From IMG/VR virus record IMGVR_UViG_3300044724_005967, positions 1 to 60,006 of that record: a stretch of 60,006 bases of DNA. The stretch is one strand, 5' to 3'. How positions within the stretch are numbered: position 1 is the first letter of the stretch; the number at the start of each line of letters is the position of its first letter. The notes under the pieces were generated by a model, which worked only from the letters and a program-made list of their open reading frames with translations, did no database searches and had not been told where the DNA came from. Positions 1 to 9,150 of the stretch are shown in pieces. This DNA comes from a virus. Its lineage: Duplodnaviria > Caudoviricetes. Made by a program: the position numbers and the translations under genes.

Positions 1-2
1 TG

Positions 3-377
3 GATGTAGAAGTTTATGGTGATGGAGAACAAGTGTCTGATATGTGTTGGGTTGGTGATGTTGCGCAGGCCCTTGTCACTGCGACAGAGAAAGCAGCTGA
101 AGGCAATGTATTTCCTGAGGCCGTAGAGGTTGGACCAGAAATTAATAGCACAGTCAAAGAAGTCGCTGAAACAATTATTAGATTAGCTGATACAGATAGT
201 AAGCTAGTACATTTACCTATGCGACCAGGTGAGATTGCTGGTGCTACCGTAAAAGCAGATGTTAGTACATTGAGACATGTAGATATGTCAGCTGATAATT
301 TAATGCCTCTCGATGAAGGTATGTATCTGACTGTAGAATATTTTAGAGAGTTGCTCAATGATCACGAGCCCGATTAA
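3..377 (+). CDS. NAD-dependent epimerase/dehydratase, C-terminal part (5' truncated by window)
   Basis: Frame is open from base 3 and reads DVEVYGDGEQVSDMCWVGDVA...RPGEI, matching extended-SDR motifs YGDGxQxRDxxxVxDVA and RPG[DE]. Confidence 0.8.
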   Translation, partial: DVEVYGDGEQVSDMCWVGDVAQALVTATEKAAEGNVFPEAVEVGPEINSTVKEVAETIIRLADTDSKLVHLPMRPGEIAGATVKADVSTLRHVDMSADNLMPLDEGMYLTVEYFRELLNDHEPD

Positions 378-873
378 TGTTATCGGAAATGCAAAAAGTT
401 TATTTGATCAGAATTATGGTGAGCTGATCGATTTATATCCAACTGTGCGTATTAATTATGTAGATAAACTTGTACCAGAAAAACAAGGTACACGATGGGA
501 TTATCTCGCATCATCACAGATGGGTTTAGTGTCTAAATATCAGGATAAAAAGTGGCATACTCTTATTTTTACAAGATGGCAGACAAATCATCAATGTAAA
601 GATAAAAGTGCCTTAAGTGTTCCAGATGAGGTTGTTTTATCACTTAAAGAAAAACAACAGAAGAGACCATCGACTGGTAGTACTCTATTACATTACTTAG
701 ATTATCTTGATATCGAACAAGTAAATATCTTTGGATTTGACTGGAAACAAACTAATTCATTCTATCAAGATGAAGCAACAGAAAAAAGAGTAAACACACC
801 ACATGATTATACAGACGAAAGAAATGTTTGTACACAGTTAATTGAAAAACGTGGTTGGAAACTATATCAATGA
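358..873 (+). CDS. GT29 (sialyltransferase-like) glycosyltransferase
   Basis: VIGNAKSL...GELID...VRIN resembles sialylmotif L; RPSTG...IFGFD resembles sialylmotif S; late HDYxxE. Confidence 0.6.
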   Translation: MITSPINVIGNAKSLFDQNYGELIDLYPTVRINYVDKLVPEKQGTRWDYLASSQMGLVSKYQDKKWHTLIFTRWQTNHQCKDKSALSVPDEVVLSLKEKQQKRPSTGSTLLHYLDYLDIEQVNIFGFDWKQTNSFYQDEATEKRVNTPHDYTDERNVCTQLIEKRGWKLYQ

Positions 874-1538
874 AGACTTTGATACTAAGACATGATTCTA
901 AACTATCACATCAATATGCAGAGATAGCTGCAAAATCATGTGACGATTTAGGTGTCGAATGGGAATATCATAATGGTTATAGTAATATGTCAGTCGATGC
1001 CGCGTGGATAGATCTTGACATTATACCAGTCGAACTCAAAACAAAATGGGATAACTCTAATAGACAAAGAGCAGGTTTATGCACTGCTAGTCATATTAAA
1101 ATGTGGCAAAAGATAGCAGAGAGTGGTGAGGATACTGTAGTATTAGAACACGATGCATTGATGTTACATCGTTTTGACTTAGAAATACCACCGATGAGAT
1201 TTGTTGCTCTTGGTTATAAAACAACTACGCCTGGTAAATATAATCATACAAAGGCAGGCAAAACACAAAAGATAGTTGACATACCTACATTTCATGGAAC
1301 ACATGCTTACGCTATTAAACATGAGACGGCAGGATATTTGATAGAAGAGATTAAAAGACATGGCAAAGGTCTAGGATGTGTTGATGACACATATTTTAAG
1401 AGTAGAAAAACACAAGTAAAAATGGCTATTGCTGATCCAATATCTGCTATCGGTTTTCTACGTGAGTCAACTATATGGAGTAAATCGTCTAAAACAAATA
1501 CTCAATATATTAAATCATATCAGGAAAATTTATCATGA
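870..1538 (+). CDS. GT25-like glycosyltransferase
   Basis: GLCTASHIKMW...VLEHDA...GTHAYAI motifs; ATG overlaps upstream stop (ATGA). Confidence 0.7.
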   Translation: MKTLILRHDSKLSHQYAEIAAKSCDDLGVEWEYHNGYSNMSVDAAWIDLDIIPVELKTKWDNSNRQRAGLCTASHIKMWQKIAESGEDTVVLEHDALMLHRFDLEIPPMRFVALGYKTTTPGKYNHTKAGKTQKIVDIPTFHGTHAYAIKHETAGYLIEEIKRHGKGLGCVDDTYFKSRKTQVKMAIADPISAIGFLRESTIWSKSSKTNTQYIKSYQENLS

Positions 1539-2212
1539 AAGCAAAAAGGGCGTGGATTCTTAAAACAAATCATGAGATGTCAAACATCTATGCAAAAGAT
1601 GTATCAGATTCATGTGATCGAGTTGGTATGCCATGGGAATATTTAAATTGGTATCAAAGAGATCCAGAAAATGCATGGAAAAATACCGGTATACCTCCAT
1701 TAGGAGAAGGTAAAATATCTGGTAGTCCTGGAGCTCAGTGTTGTTTCTCAGGTCACATTGCTATTTGGAAGAAGATACTTGATAGTGGCGAGGCAGGTAT
1801 CGCACTCGAGCATGATGGTATGTTATTACATAAACCCGATATCGATATACCTGACGGCGTGCTTGTTGTACTCGGATATAAATTCGAAGATATTAGTCGT
1901 TATGATCATGTTGCTGCTGGTCCACCTAATAACATTGTAGACACGATCGGTGGTGGCCATGAAGGTTCACATGCTTATGCTATTACACCAAAAACGGCAG
2001 GTATGTTAATCGAAGAAGTACAAAATAATGGTGCAAAAGGTGCCATCGATAATCTTTATTTTCTCAAATCAAGAAAAACTAAGGTGCCAATTAAGATTAT
2101 GGTACCTACACCAGCTATCGGATGGATACGAGAATCAACCATCCAAGCAAAAAATAAGTCGGCTACACGCAATTATGAGTTTGTAGAAAACTTCAAAAAG
2201 TATTATGTATAA
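1535..2212 (+). CDS. GT25-like glycosyltransferase (tandem paralogue)
   Basis: CCFSGHIAIW...LEHDG...GSHAYAI; colinear with the preceding gene. Confidence 0.7.
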   Translation: MKAKRAWILKTNHEMSNIYAKDVSDSCDRVGMPWEYLNWYQRDPENAWKNTGIPPLGEGKISGSPGAQCCFSGHIAIWKKILDSGEAGIALEHDGMLLHKPDIDIPDGVLVVLGYKFEDISRYDHVAAGPPNNIVDTIGGGHEGSHAYAITPKTAGMLIEEVQNNGAKGAIDNLYFLKSRKTKVPIKIMVPTPAIGWIRESTIQAKNKSATRNYEFVENFKKYYV

Positions 2213-2215
2213 ATA
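2208..2215 (+). promoter_or_regulatory. T4-type late promoter
   Basis: Exact TATAAATA at a gene boundary, about 60 nt upstream of the ATG at 2275. Confidence 0.75.
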
Positions 2216-2274
2216 GATCTAGAAGTTAGGCTGCGGCAGACCTTCGTATAACGGATAAGGCTAAGGCAATCTCC

Positions 2275-3651
2275 ATGAAAAAAGTAGTCATCGCCTTCGG
2301 ACGGCTGAACCCGCCGACTATAGGCCACGAAAAACTTGTCGCTAAGATTAAGTCTGAAGCGAGGAAGAATCGTGCCACGCCTATGCTCTTCTTATCTCAT
2401 TCGCAAGATAAGAAAAAGAATCCTCTATCATACGAAGACAAAATCCGCCTCAGCAAAAAAGCATTCGGTGCAATGGTTCAAAAAACCACTGCTCGTACTA
2501 TTATAGAAGTCGCAAAGCAATTAGAGAAACAATATGATGAGCTCATCGTTATCGGTGGCTCTGATCGTGTACAAGAGTTTCAAACTTTGCTCGATAAGTA
2601 TAATGGTAAAGATTATGCATATGAAAAGATTACTGTAGTATCAGCAGGAGAACGTGATCCTGACTCTGATGATGTATCAGGTATGTCAGCATCTAAACTG
2701 CGCTCACTTGCTCAGACAGGAAAATTCTCGCAGTTCAAAACAGGTTTGCCTAAGAAGTTACAGCGAGGAAAAGAGGCTAAAGAAATGTACGATAAAATCA
2801 GAGAAGCGGCTGGTATCACTGAAGATATGTCGTTAGACGAAGTATTGAACATGCAACAACGTCTAAAGAAAAAGCAGATGATGCGCAGGCTAAAAGGCAA
2901 GATCAAGCTTGGACGAAGACGTGCTAAGTATAGAATTGCTAACACCGAAAAGCTAAAGAAGCGATCACAGAAGAAAGCACGTGAACTTATCAGAGCTCGT
3001 ATCGCAGGATCACAAGGTAAAAACTATAAAGATCTGCCATATGCTGGTCGTCAACAAGTAGATAAGAGAGTAGAGAAGAAAAAAGATCTGATTCAAAGAC
3101 TTGCTAAGCGAATGATGCCTAAAGTCAAAAAGGCTGAGATGGAACGAGTAAAGAAAGCTCGTAGCTCTAAGAAAGAAGAGACAGAATTAAACTTATATCA
3201 GATTATCGAGCATTTAATCGATAAGGTAAACATAGAACAAATTACAGAGAAAGTTGAGCGTAACCTCCTCAAGAAGAGTGAGAAGCATTGTATCTCATTC
3301 GAAGAATTGCGCCAGCGTTATATCGATGCTAAAGCAGAATGGGTAATCGAAGACACTGAGTTGACAGCTGATGAATATGCATTTGATAAGTTAAATCATG
3401 AATTGGCAGAAGATGATAAGCCAAATAAAACCGGTGATGATGCAAAAGGTTATAAGCGGCCAACAGAAGACGGAGCAGGATTGACTCGTAAAGGTGCTAA
3501 GGCACATGGTGTAAAGACTGCAGTTACTACACCCCCATCTAAACTCGATCCAAAAGGAGAAGCAGCAGGTAGACGTAAGTCTTTCTGTGCTCGTTCGCGC
3601 GGATGGACAGGCGAGAGGGGTAAAGCAGCACGACGAAGGTGGAACTGCTAA
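2275..3651 (+). CDS. Cytidylyltransferase-like (HIGH-superfamily) nucleotidyltransferase with long basic C-terminal extension
   Basis: FGRLNPPTIGHEKL, GSDRV, SAGERDPD, GMSASKLR; C-terminus ends RRKSFCARS...RRRWNC. Confidence 0.8.
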   Translation: MKKVVIAFGRLNPPTIGHEKLVAKIKSEARKNRATPMLFLSHSQDKKKNPLSYEDKIRLSKKAFGAMVQKTTARTIIEVAKQLEKQYDELIVIGGSDRVQEFQTLLDKYNGKDYAYEKITVVSAGERDPDSDDVSGMSASKLRSLAQTGKFSQFKTGLPKKLQRGKEAKEMYDKIREAAGITEDMSLDEVLNMQQRLKKKQMMRRLKGKIKLGRRRAKYRIANTEKLKKRSQKKARELIRARIAGSQGKNYKDLPYAGRQQVDKRVEKKKDLIQRLAKRMMPKVKKAEMERVKKARSSKKEETELNLYQIIEHLIDKVNIEQITEKVERNLLKKSEKHCISFEELRQRYIDAKAEWVIEDTELTADEYAFDKLNHELAEDDKPNKTGDDAKGYKRPTEDGAGLTRKGAKAHGVKTAVTTPPSKLDPKGEAAGRRKSFCARSRGWTGERGKAARRRWNC

Positions 3652-4502
3652 TGGCTATTTGGAATAAAGACTCAGCGGCGTATCTTGCAAATAATAAAAC
3701 ATTATTTGAAGCTTTTATACTTGCCGATAAAAACGGCAATCTTATTAACTCATTTGGAGTTGCATCTAATATTCCTATTGCGGCAGGATCGGTTACGGGA
3801 TACAAAGCAATTCATAAATTTGGTAGAAATCCAAATGTAGGAAACGCACCAGAAACAATTTGGATGCAGGGCGGCAAATATCAATACCTTGCTATTGGAG
3901 CAGCAAGCACTCTATATGCATATAGTGCTGACGCACAAGATTCAGCAAGTGGAACAGGTGCGCGAACCGTAACGATTCAGGGATTAGACAATAACTTTAA
4001 TGAAATAGAAGAAACAGTTACTGTAGGTGGAGCGGCGACAACTCTAGAGTTTTTAAGAGTTTATCGTGCCTTCGTTGCTACTGCTGGTTCATTAAATACA
4101 AACAAAGGGAATGTTTTAATTTCTACTGGTGCAGGCGGCACAGGTACAGTTCTAGCAGATATTGGAACTATTGGATCTGGAACAACATTTGGTTTAGGTC
4201 AAACACAACTTGCTATTTATACAATTCCTGCTGGAAAAAGTGGCTATCTTACAAATTGGAATGTTGGTTTGGCTCCATCTAACAATAAAGCCACTGTGCT
4301 TTTAAAATCAAGAGAACTTGATGGCGGCGCGGCATTTAGAACAAAAGATATCGTAGATTTAGTAGGCGGGTATCACACACAAAATTATTCAATTCCCCTC
4401 TGTTTTCCAGCAAAAACTGATATTGAAATATTAGCATCTGGAGATACAAGTTCGATTATATCATCTTCATTTGATATTATATTAGTAGACCAACCAACCT
4501 AA
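3651..4502 (+). CDS. Hypothetical Gly/Thr-rich protein, possibly virion structural
   Basis: TAATG coupling to upstream gene; beta-rich composition; KFGRNPNVG...ETIW motif. Confidence 0.5.
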   Translation: MAIWNKDSAAYLANNKTLFEAFILADKNGNLINSFGVASNIPIAAGSVTGYKAIHKFGRNPNVGNAPETIWMQGGKYQYLAIGAASTLYAYSADAQDSASGTGARTVTIQGLDNNFNEIEETVTVGGAATTLEFLRVYRAFVATAGSLNTNKGNVLISTGAGGTGTVLADIGTIGSGTTFGLGQTQLAIYTIPAGKSGYLTNWNVGLAPSNNKATVLLKSRELDGGAAFRTKDIVDLVGGYHTQNYSIPLCFPAKTDIEILASGDTSSIISSSFDIILVDQPT

Positions 4503-4514
4503 CGGATAAGATAG

Positions 4515-5918
4515 ATGAATATTTTTAAAGAATATACAGAAAATCAAAAGCGCGCTAAAGATAAGATCAAGCGCGAGAAAGAAGCTGATAAGGCAAAGCA
4601 CGATCGTATGATGGATTCTGCTCGTACTCGTGACACAAGTCGCAAGAATAGCATGTCAGAAGAACACGAAATTCATGTACGTCTTGATCATCTCGATGGT
4701 GATAAGCGGCAAAAGAAAGCGTCTGATGTCATGAAGAAACATGAGAAATCAGGTAATATCAAGTACGCTGGTTCTACTGATAAAGGTGTAATCTTTAAAG
4801 CGAAAAGCCGTTCACACGCTGATCGATTACACAGAGATCTGAAGCCTCATGCGACTGGTGTTGAGCATATGAATGAAGCGAAGTCAACACAAGATCCCGA
4901 TATTAAAGATAGAGAGGGTACACAACCCGCTGCCTATCATAAAGGTTTAAAGAAAACAACAAAAGCAAAGCGAGATGCACACTTTAAGAAGCATGGAAAG
5001 AAAGACGATGATGATGCTTCAGCATATAAAGATGCACCTGGCGATAAGAAAGCAAGGAAGGGAAACATGCCTAAATCAAAGTATACTAAGTTCGTAGATA
5101 ACATGATGAAAGAAGGTACTGACTTCGCAGCTCATCGTGCAAAGCCTAAGCTAACTTCATCTGATCAAAAAAAGATGGCTAAGGTAGCAGACATGCTTCG
5201 TAAAGAGCGTGAGAAGAAAGCAGCGATGAAGGAAGATAACGAGAGCGCGGGATATCAAAAAGCCAAAAGTAAGAAGAATCTTGATCCACATGGTCATAAA
5301 AAATTAAAGCCATTAAATCTTTCAAAGTCAAGAAAAGTAAAAACATATGAAGAAGTCGAACTTGATGAAGCAGGGAAGTTCCAGTCCTCTGGAACACCAG
5401 CGGTTCGGCCACTAAAGAAAGATCATCAAACTATTAGTTATGTTACACATGGTGGCCAGAAAGGTAAAGTAGAAGTACATAAAGACAAGGCATTTAAAGC
5501 ACTGAATCATTATCGTAAGAATAATAAGAGTGCACAGTTTGAAGCGATGTCACCTGAATCTCGGAAAGCACACGGTCGAATGTTTAAGGCTGCTGCGGAG
5601 AAGAAATATGATGCTGATACAAAAGCTGCAGCCCAAGCTGAACGCGAAAAGCGGTTGAAGGCAAAAGGATGGGTCAAGAACGATCGTGGTGGTATGTCGA
5701 AGGTAACCGAAGAAGGTGATAGTTCATTCGCTGCGAAGGCCGCTAAGTCAGGCATTTCGGTCGGTACCCTGAAGAAGGTATATAATAGGGGAGTTGCTGC
5801 GTGGAAGACAGGTCATCGACCAGGAACTACGCCATCTCAATGGGGTCATGCGCGTGTTAATGCGTTCATTGCCAAGAAAAAGAAAGGTGGACTAAACCAC
5901 GATAAAGATCTAGCGTGA
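4515..5918 (+). CDS. Lys-rich modular protein, putative internal head protein
   Basis: 467 aa, highly basic, many hydrophobic-x-Glu junctions; C-terminal KVYNRGVAAWKTGHRPG...WGHARVNAF module. Confidence 0.5.
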   Translation: MNIFKEYTENQKRAKDKIKREKEADKAKHDRMMDSARTRDTSRKNSMSEEHEIHVRLDHLDGDKRQKKASDVMKKHEKSGNIKYAGSTDKGVIFKAKSRSHADRLHRDLKPHATGVEHMNEAKSTQDPDIKDREGTQPAAYHKGLKKTTKAKRDAHFKKHGKKDDDDASAYKDAPGDKKARKGNMPKSKYTKFVDNMMKEGTDFAAHRAKPKLTSSDQKKMAKVADMLRKEREKKAAMKEDNESAGYQKAKSKKNLDPHGHKKLKPLNLSKSRKVKTYEEVELDEAGKFQSSGTPAVRPLKKDHQTISYVTHGGQKGKVEVHKDKAFKALNHYRKNNKSAQFEAMSPESRKAHGRMFKAAAEKKYDADTKAAAQAEREKRLKAKGWVKNDRGGMSKVTEEGDSSFAAKAAKSGISVGTLKKVYNRGVAAWKTGHRPGTTPSQWGHARVNAFIAKKKKGGLNHDKDLA

Positions 5919-5925
5919 GGAAATT

Positions 5926-6204
5926 ATGGCAGATTTGAAAGATACTAGCGAAATCAAAGGATTGATGAGCGCCGTGAAAGATATTATGGCGGGCAATCAA
6001 AACCTTTATCAACAAGATTTAGAACGACAATTTAATTTTGCAGGTGCTACTGCGCCAGTAGAGGAACCAGTAGATGAAATTAGCGGAAGCGATTCAGAGG
6101 AACAAGTTGAAGTCAGCAGCGAAGAGCCTGTCGAAGCTAGCTCGGTCGAACACATCAGTTCGGAGAGTGATGCAGAAGCTGGACAGAGGCCAACTGCCGA
6201 CTAA
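5926..6204 (+). CDS. Acidic hypothetical protein
   Basis: GAGGA SD upstream of ATG; 92 aa. Confidence 0.5.
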   Translation: MADLKDTSEIKGLMSAVKDIMAGNQNLYQQDLERQFNFAGATAPVEEPVDEISGSDSEEQVEVSSEEPVEASSVEHISSESDAEAGQRPTAD

Positions 6205-7573
6205 ACAAGATCTGAAATCAATTAAGGGTAAAGAGCAAGACGAAGTTGTTATGGCTCTAACTCAAGCGATTGGACCAGATGAAGCAATTAAGTTGCTTGA
6301 GATGTGTGATATGTCTAAACACGCAGAGAAACTTGTGTCTGCGAAAGGCAATCCGGATGGTCCGCTTCCTAAATACGGCGAACCACCAGTTGACGCTATG
6401 AAGAAAACTCCTGGTCAAAAGAAAAAGAAAATAAAAGAAGAAGTCAAGACAATTAAAGTTGGCGAAGATGCTGTAGGTAGTGATAACTGTCACTACGCTC
6501 TCGTCATGGACAGAAAAGTTACTGCTGTTGGTACGAAAGATCAGATGCTAGCAAAGTGTAAAGAGGAGGGAGGCCGAGTTTGGGTGTCTACTAAAAAGGT
6601 TGGAGATATAGTCGAAGAAGCGGAACTGCGACATCTGTTACGATTGATTCCAGAAACAGCTGAGTATCACGTTACACGTCCAGGCGGATCATTAAAGAAA
6701 CCTGATAGTGTACATAAGAGTAAGACAGATGCAATGAAAGCTGCGTACAGACTCTCTAAGAATAAGCATATGGGTGCTAAAGGTGGTCAAGTGTATCGAG
6801 TACATAAGGGAGAAGTCACTCATGGTTTTGACACTGAAGGTCGTTCACGGCACCTCGGTCTCGATCATGGCAAAGTAACCGGCAAGAAGCCTATCAAAGA
6901 GATGGGCCAAATGAGTCATGGTAATCCGCTTCATACTTCTAATGCTGGAAAAAGCCGTAGCGCCACATCTAAACCGATGGCAGCTGCTGGTAAAAAGAGA
7001 AAAACTTTAAACAAATTAGAAAAAAAGATGAGCGCGCTCAAGATGAAAAAGAGGACATTCAGAAGAGATATGTATGAAGCAAAGTATGCAATTGATATCG
7101 AAGGTATGCCTCGTTTCTATATGGATTCTGATTCTCCTGGTCGCGTAAAGGTTGCGCTTCGGCAAATGCTAAAGAAAGCAAATGCTATTAAGTCCGTAAC
7201 TCGTACATATGATCCAGCAATCAAAGCTGATCTTCGTTCTCGTCTAAAAGATGCGAGTACAGATATGCAAACTAATTATGTAAACGAAAAGCTCAAACCA
7301 TCTGATGATATGGGTGATTGGGTTGACGACTTTAAAAAATCAGATGCACCACAATTTAAGGGTAAGTCTATGAAGAAGAGACGACAAATGGCTATCGCTG
7401 CTAAACTCTCTGCGATGGAAGAAACAGGATCTTGGAAATCAGATTCAGGTTGGAAGAAAGTTTCTGGTCCTCGCAAGGACGATTACGGCAATACAGTTAA
7501 GAAACAAAACATTGCTAAACACCTTGCTAAAAAAGCAATGAACAAGACGAAAGCAATGGGAGAAAAGAAATGA
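6074..7573 (+). CDS. Lys-rich modular protein, putative internal head protein
   Basis: 499 aa; GAGGA SD at 6061; module DFKKSDAPQFKGKSMKKRRQMAIAA. Confidence 0.55.
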   Translation: MKLAEAIQRNKLKSAAKSLSKLARSNTSVRRVMQKLDRGQLPTKQDLKSIKGKEQDEVVMALTQAIGPDEAIKLLEMCDMSKHAEKLVSAKGNPDGPLPKYGEPPVDAMKKTPGQKKKKIKEEVKTIKVGEDAVGSDNCHYALVMDRKVTAVGTKDQMLAKCKEEGGRVWVSTKKVGDIVEEAELRHLLRLIPETAEYHVTRPGGSLKKPDSVHKSKTDAMKAAYRLSKNKHMGAKGGQVYRVHKGEVTHGFDTEGRSRHLGLDHGKVTGKKPIKEMGQMSHGNPLHTSNAGKSRSATSKPMAAAGKKRKTLNKLEKKMSALKMKKRTFRRDMYEAKYAIDIEGMPRFYMDSDSPGRVKVALRQMLKKANAIKSVTRTYDPAIKADLRSRLKDASTDMQTNYVNEKLKPSDDMGDWVDDFKKSDAPQFKGKSMKKRRQMAIAAKLSAMEETGSWKSDSGWKKVSGPRKDDYGNTVKKQNIAKHLAKKAMNKTKAMGEKK

Positions 7574-7722
7574 AGAAGTTCAAGGATTTTGTAATGGAGA
7601 AAAAAGAATTGTCTCCTGCACAAAAGAAACATCTTGACGTAGATGATGATAATGACATCGACGCTGCAGACTTTAAAAAGTTGAGAGCGAAGAAAGAAAA
7701 AATAGTCAAAGATGATGACTAA
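7570..7722 (+). CDS. 50-aa microprotein with EF-hand-like loop (not in ORF track)
   Basis: MKKFKDFVMEKKELSPAQKKHLDVDDDNDIDAADFKKLRAKKEKIVKDDD; ATGA overlap with upstream stop, GGAG SD. Confidence 0.65.
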   Translation: MKKFKDFVMEKKELSPAQKKHLDVDDDNDIDAADFKKLRAKKEKIVKDDD

Positions 7723-7758
7723 TAAATAACTGTTTAAACATAAGACGGAGAATAAGAA

Positions 7759-8103
7759 ATGTCTTTATTCGGTAAAAGAGACCAGAAGTCAGACGCGCCT
7801 AAGTTTACTGCAAAAGCAGAAACAGGTCAGTCTGGTCAGGATCTATTCGGTAATTCTACTGATGGTGTTTTTGGTGTAGATCAAGCAGAATCAGTTGCTG
7901 CCCGCGGTGATGGTAAGGGTAGTGTACCTCCAGGTTGGGTACGTAAGTATACTCGATCTCGTGGTGGTGTAAACTCTGATGTGCATGAAACACTCGCTAC
8001 ACTTAAAATTAATCTTGATGCTACTGATTTTGCTAATACATCTACGTTAGATGTGGCTAACACTACTGGTACCGCTGACGATTCAGAATTCGCTGATTCT
8101 TAA
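7759..8103 (+). CDS. Hypothetical protein
   Basis: GGAG SD; AATAAATA late-promoter variant near 7721. Confidence 0.55.
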   Translation: MSLFGKRDQKSDAPKFTAKAETGQSGQDLFGNSTDGVFGVDQAESVAARGDGKGSVPPGWVRKYTRSRGGVNSDVHETLATLKINLDATDFANTSTLDVANTTGTADDSEFADS

Positions 8104-8118
8104 TCATAGTAGTTTGTT

Positions 8119-8508
8119 ATGACACCATTGAATGAGTCCAACTTTTTGTTATACGCTGCTGCAAACTACACCAATACGGTGTATGATACTGAAGAGTTTT
8201 ATGATGATTTAAAAAGATTCAAATATCTAAAGCGTCTTTTCTCGAGATATCTTGAGAAAGGTGAGTTAAAAGAAAGATTGATATTGAATCACATCATTAC
8301 TTTATATAATGTATTTAATAATGACGCAGCAACACGTTTGTTATTCTATAAAATAGATGAAGAACACTGGAATATACTGAAGACGTTTTTATTATTTCTT
8401 CAGACAATGCCAGACCAAGTGAGAGATATTCAATTTGAAGGGTGTCATATACGATCTGAAATGTTATCAGTTGATTTAAAAATCGCAGAAGTACTAAGGA
8501 ACATATAG
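8119..8508 (+). CDS. Conserved T4-like phage hypothetical protein
   Basis: EEFYDDLKRFKYLKRLF...ERLILNHII pattern, which I recognise from T4-like marine phages. Confidence 0.6.
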   Translation: MTPLNESNFLLYAAANYTNTVYDTEEFYDDLKRFKYLKRLFSRYLEKGELKERLILNHIITLYNVFNNDAATRLLFYKIDEEHWNILKTFLLFLQTMPDQVRDIQFEGCHIRSEMLSVDLKIAEVLRNI

Positions 8509-8645
8509 TGGCTAAAGCAACAATCGGCAAGGCAAACATCGAGCCTAATAATAAAGGGACCAGCATTGGTCGCAATAATATTAAGATGGCTTCGATGAAT
8601 AAGTCGAGTAAGCGTAGTTTCAAGAAATATCGAGGGCAGGGATAG
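8508..8645 (+). CDS. 45-aa basic microprotein ending KKYRGQG (not in ORF track)
   Basis: GTG start overlaps upstream TAG; its TAG overlaps next GTG; fills the gap exactly. Confidence 0.6.
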   Translation: MAKATIGKANIEPNNKGTSIGRNNIKMASMNKSSKRSFKKYRGQG

Positions 8646-9148
8646 TGGCTAAAGGTGTAGTAGATCTAGCAGCGATTTACATGTTTTTAAAGCGGTTAGT
8701 TACACCATTTGACCAATGGGATGCTTACAAAACTGGACTTATCGATAAAAACGGTAAGGTCATTGTTTCGAAGGCAGACCGTACACCCGAGCAGAACAAA
8801 TCGTTCGGCTATTTCGATAGACTTGTTGCTAATCTGAAAAAACTACTCGGTAAAATACCGGGTGGTAAGACACGCATCGCATCATTTGCGGCTGCGCTCT
8901 TGCTATTGCGTGAGAAAAATATCGATCCTGATGATATTGAGTACCTTGAAGAATGTTTACAACACTATATGAAAGAAGCTGAAATGCTAGTTGAGGAAGG
9001 AGAAGGAGGTCCAACAAACTCTACTAATATGGGCCCTGGTTTAGGTGATGATCCTCAAGCATTTCCAAAGAAGAAAAGAAAAACATCATTCATCACGCGC
9101 AACTATATCGAAGTTAATGGGAAGCGCAAACGTATTTTTAAGGGTTAA
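8645..9148 (+). CDS. Conserved T4-like hypothetical protein
   Basis: FLKRLVTPFDQWDAYKTGLIDKNG motif; translationally coupled. Confidence 0.55.
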   Translation: MAKGVVDLAAIYMFLKRLVTPFDQWDAYKTGLIDKNGKVIVSKADRTPEQNKSFGYFDRLVANLKKLLGKIPGGKTRIASFAAALLLLREKNIDPDDIEYLEECLQHYMKEAEMLVEEGEGGPTNSTNMGPGLGDDPQAFPKKKRKTSFITRNYIEVNGKRKRIFKG

Positions 9149-9150
9149 CC

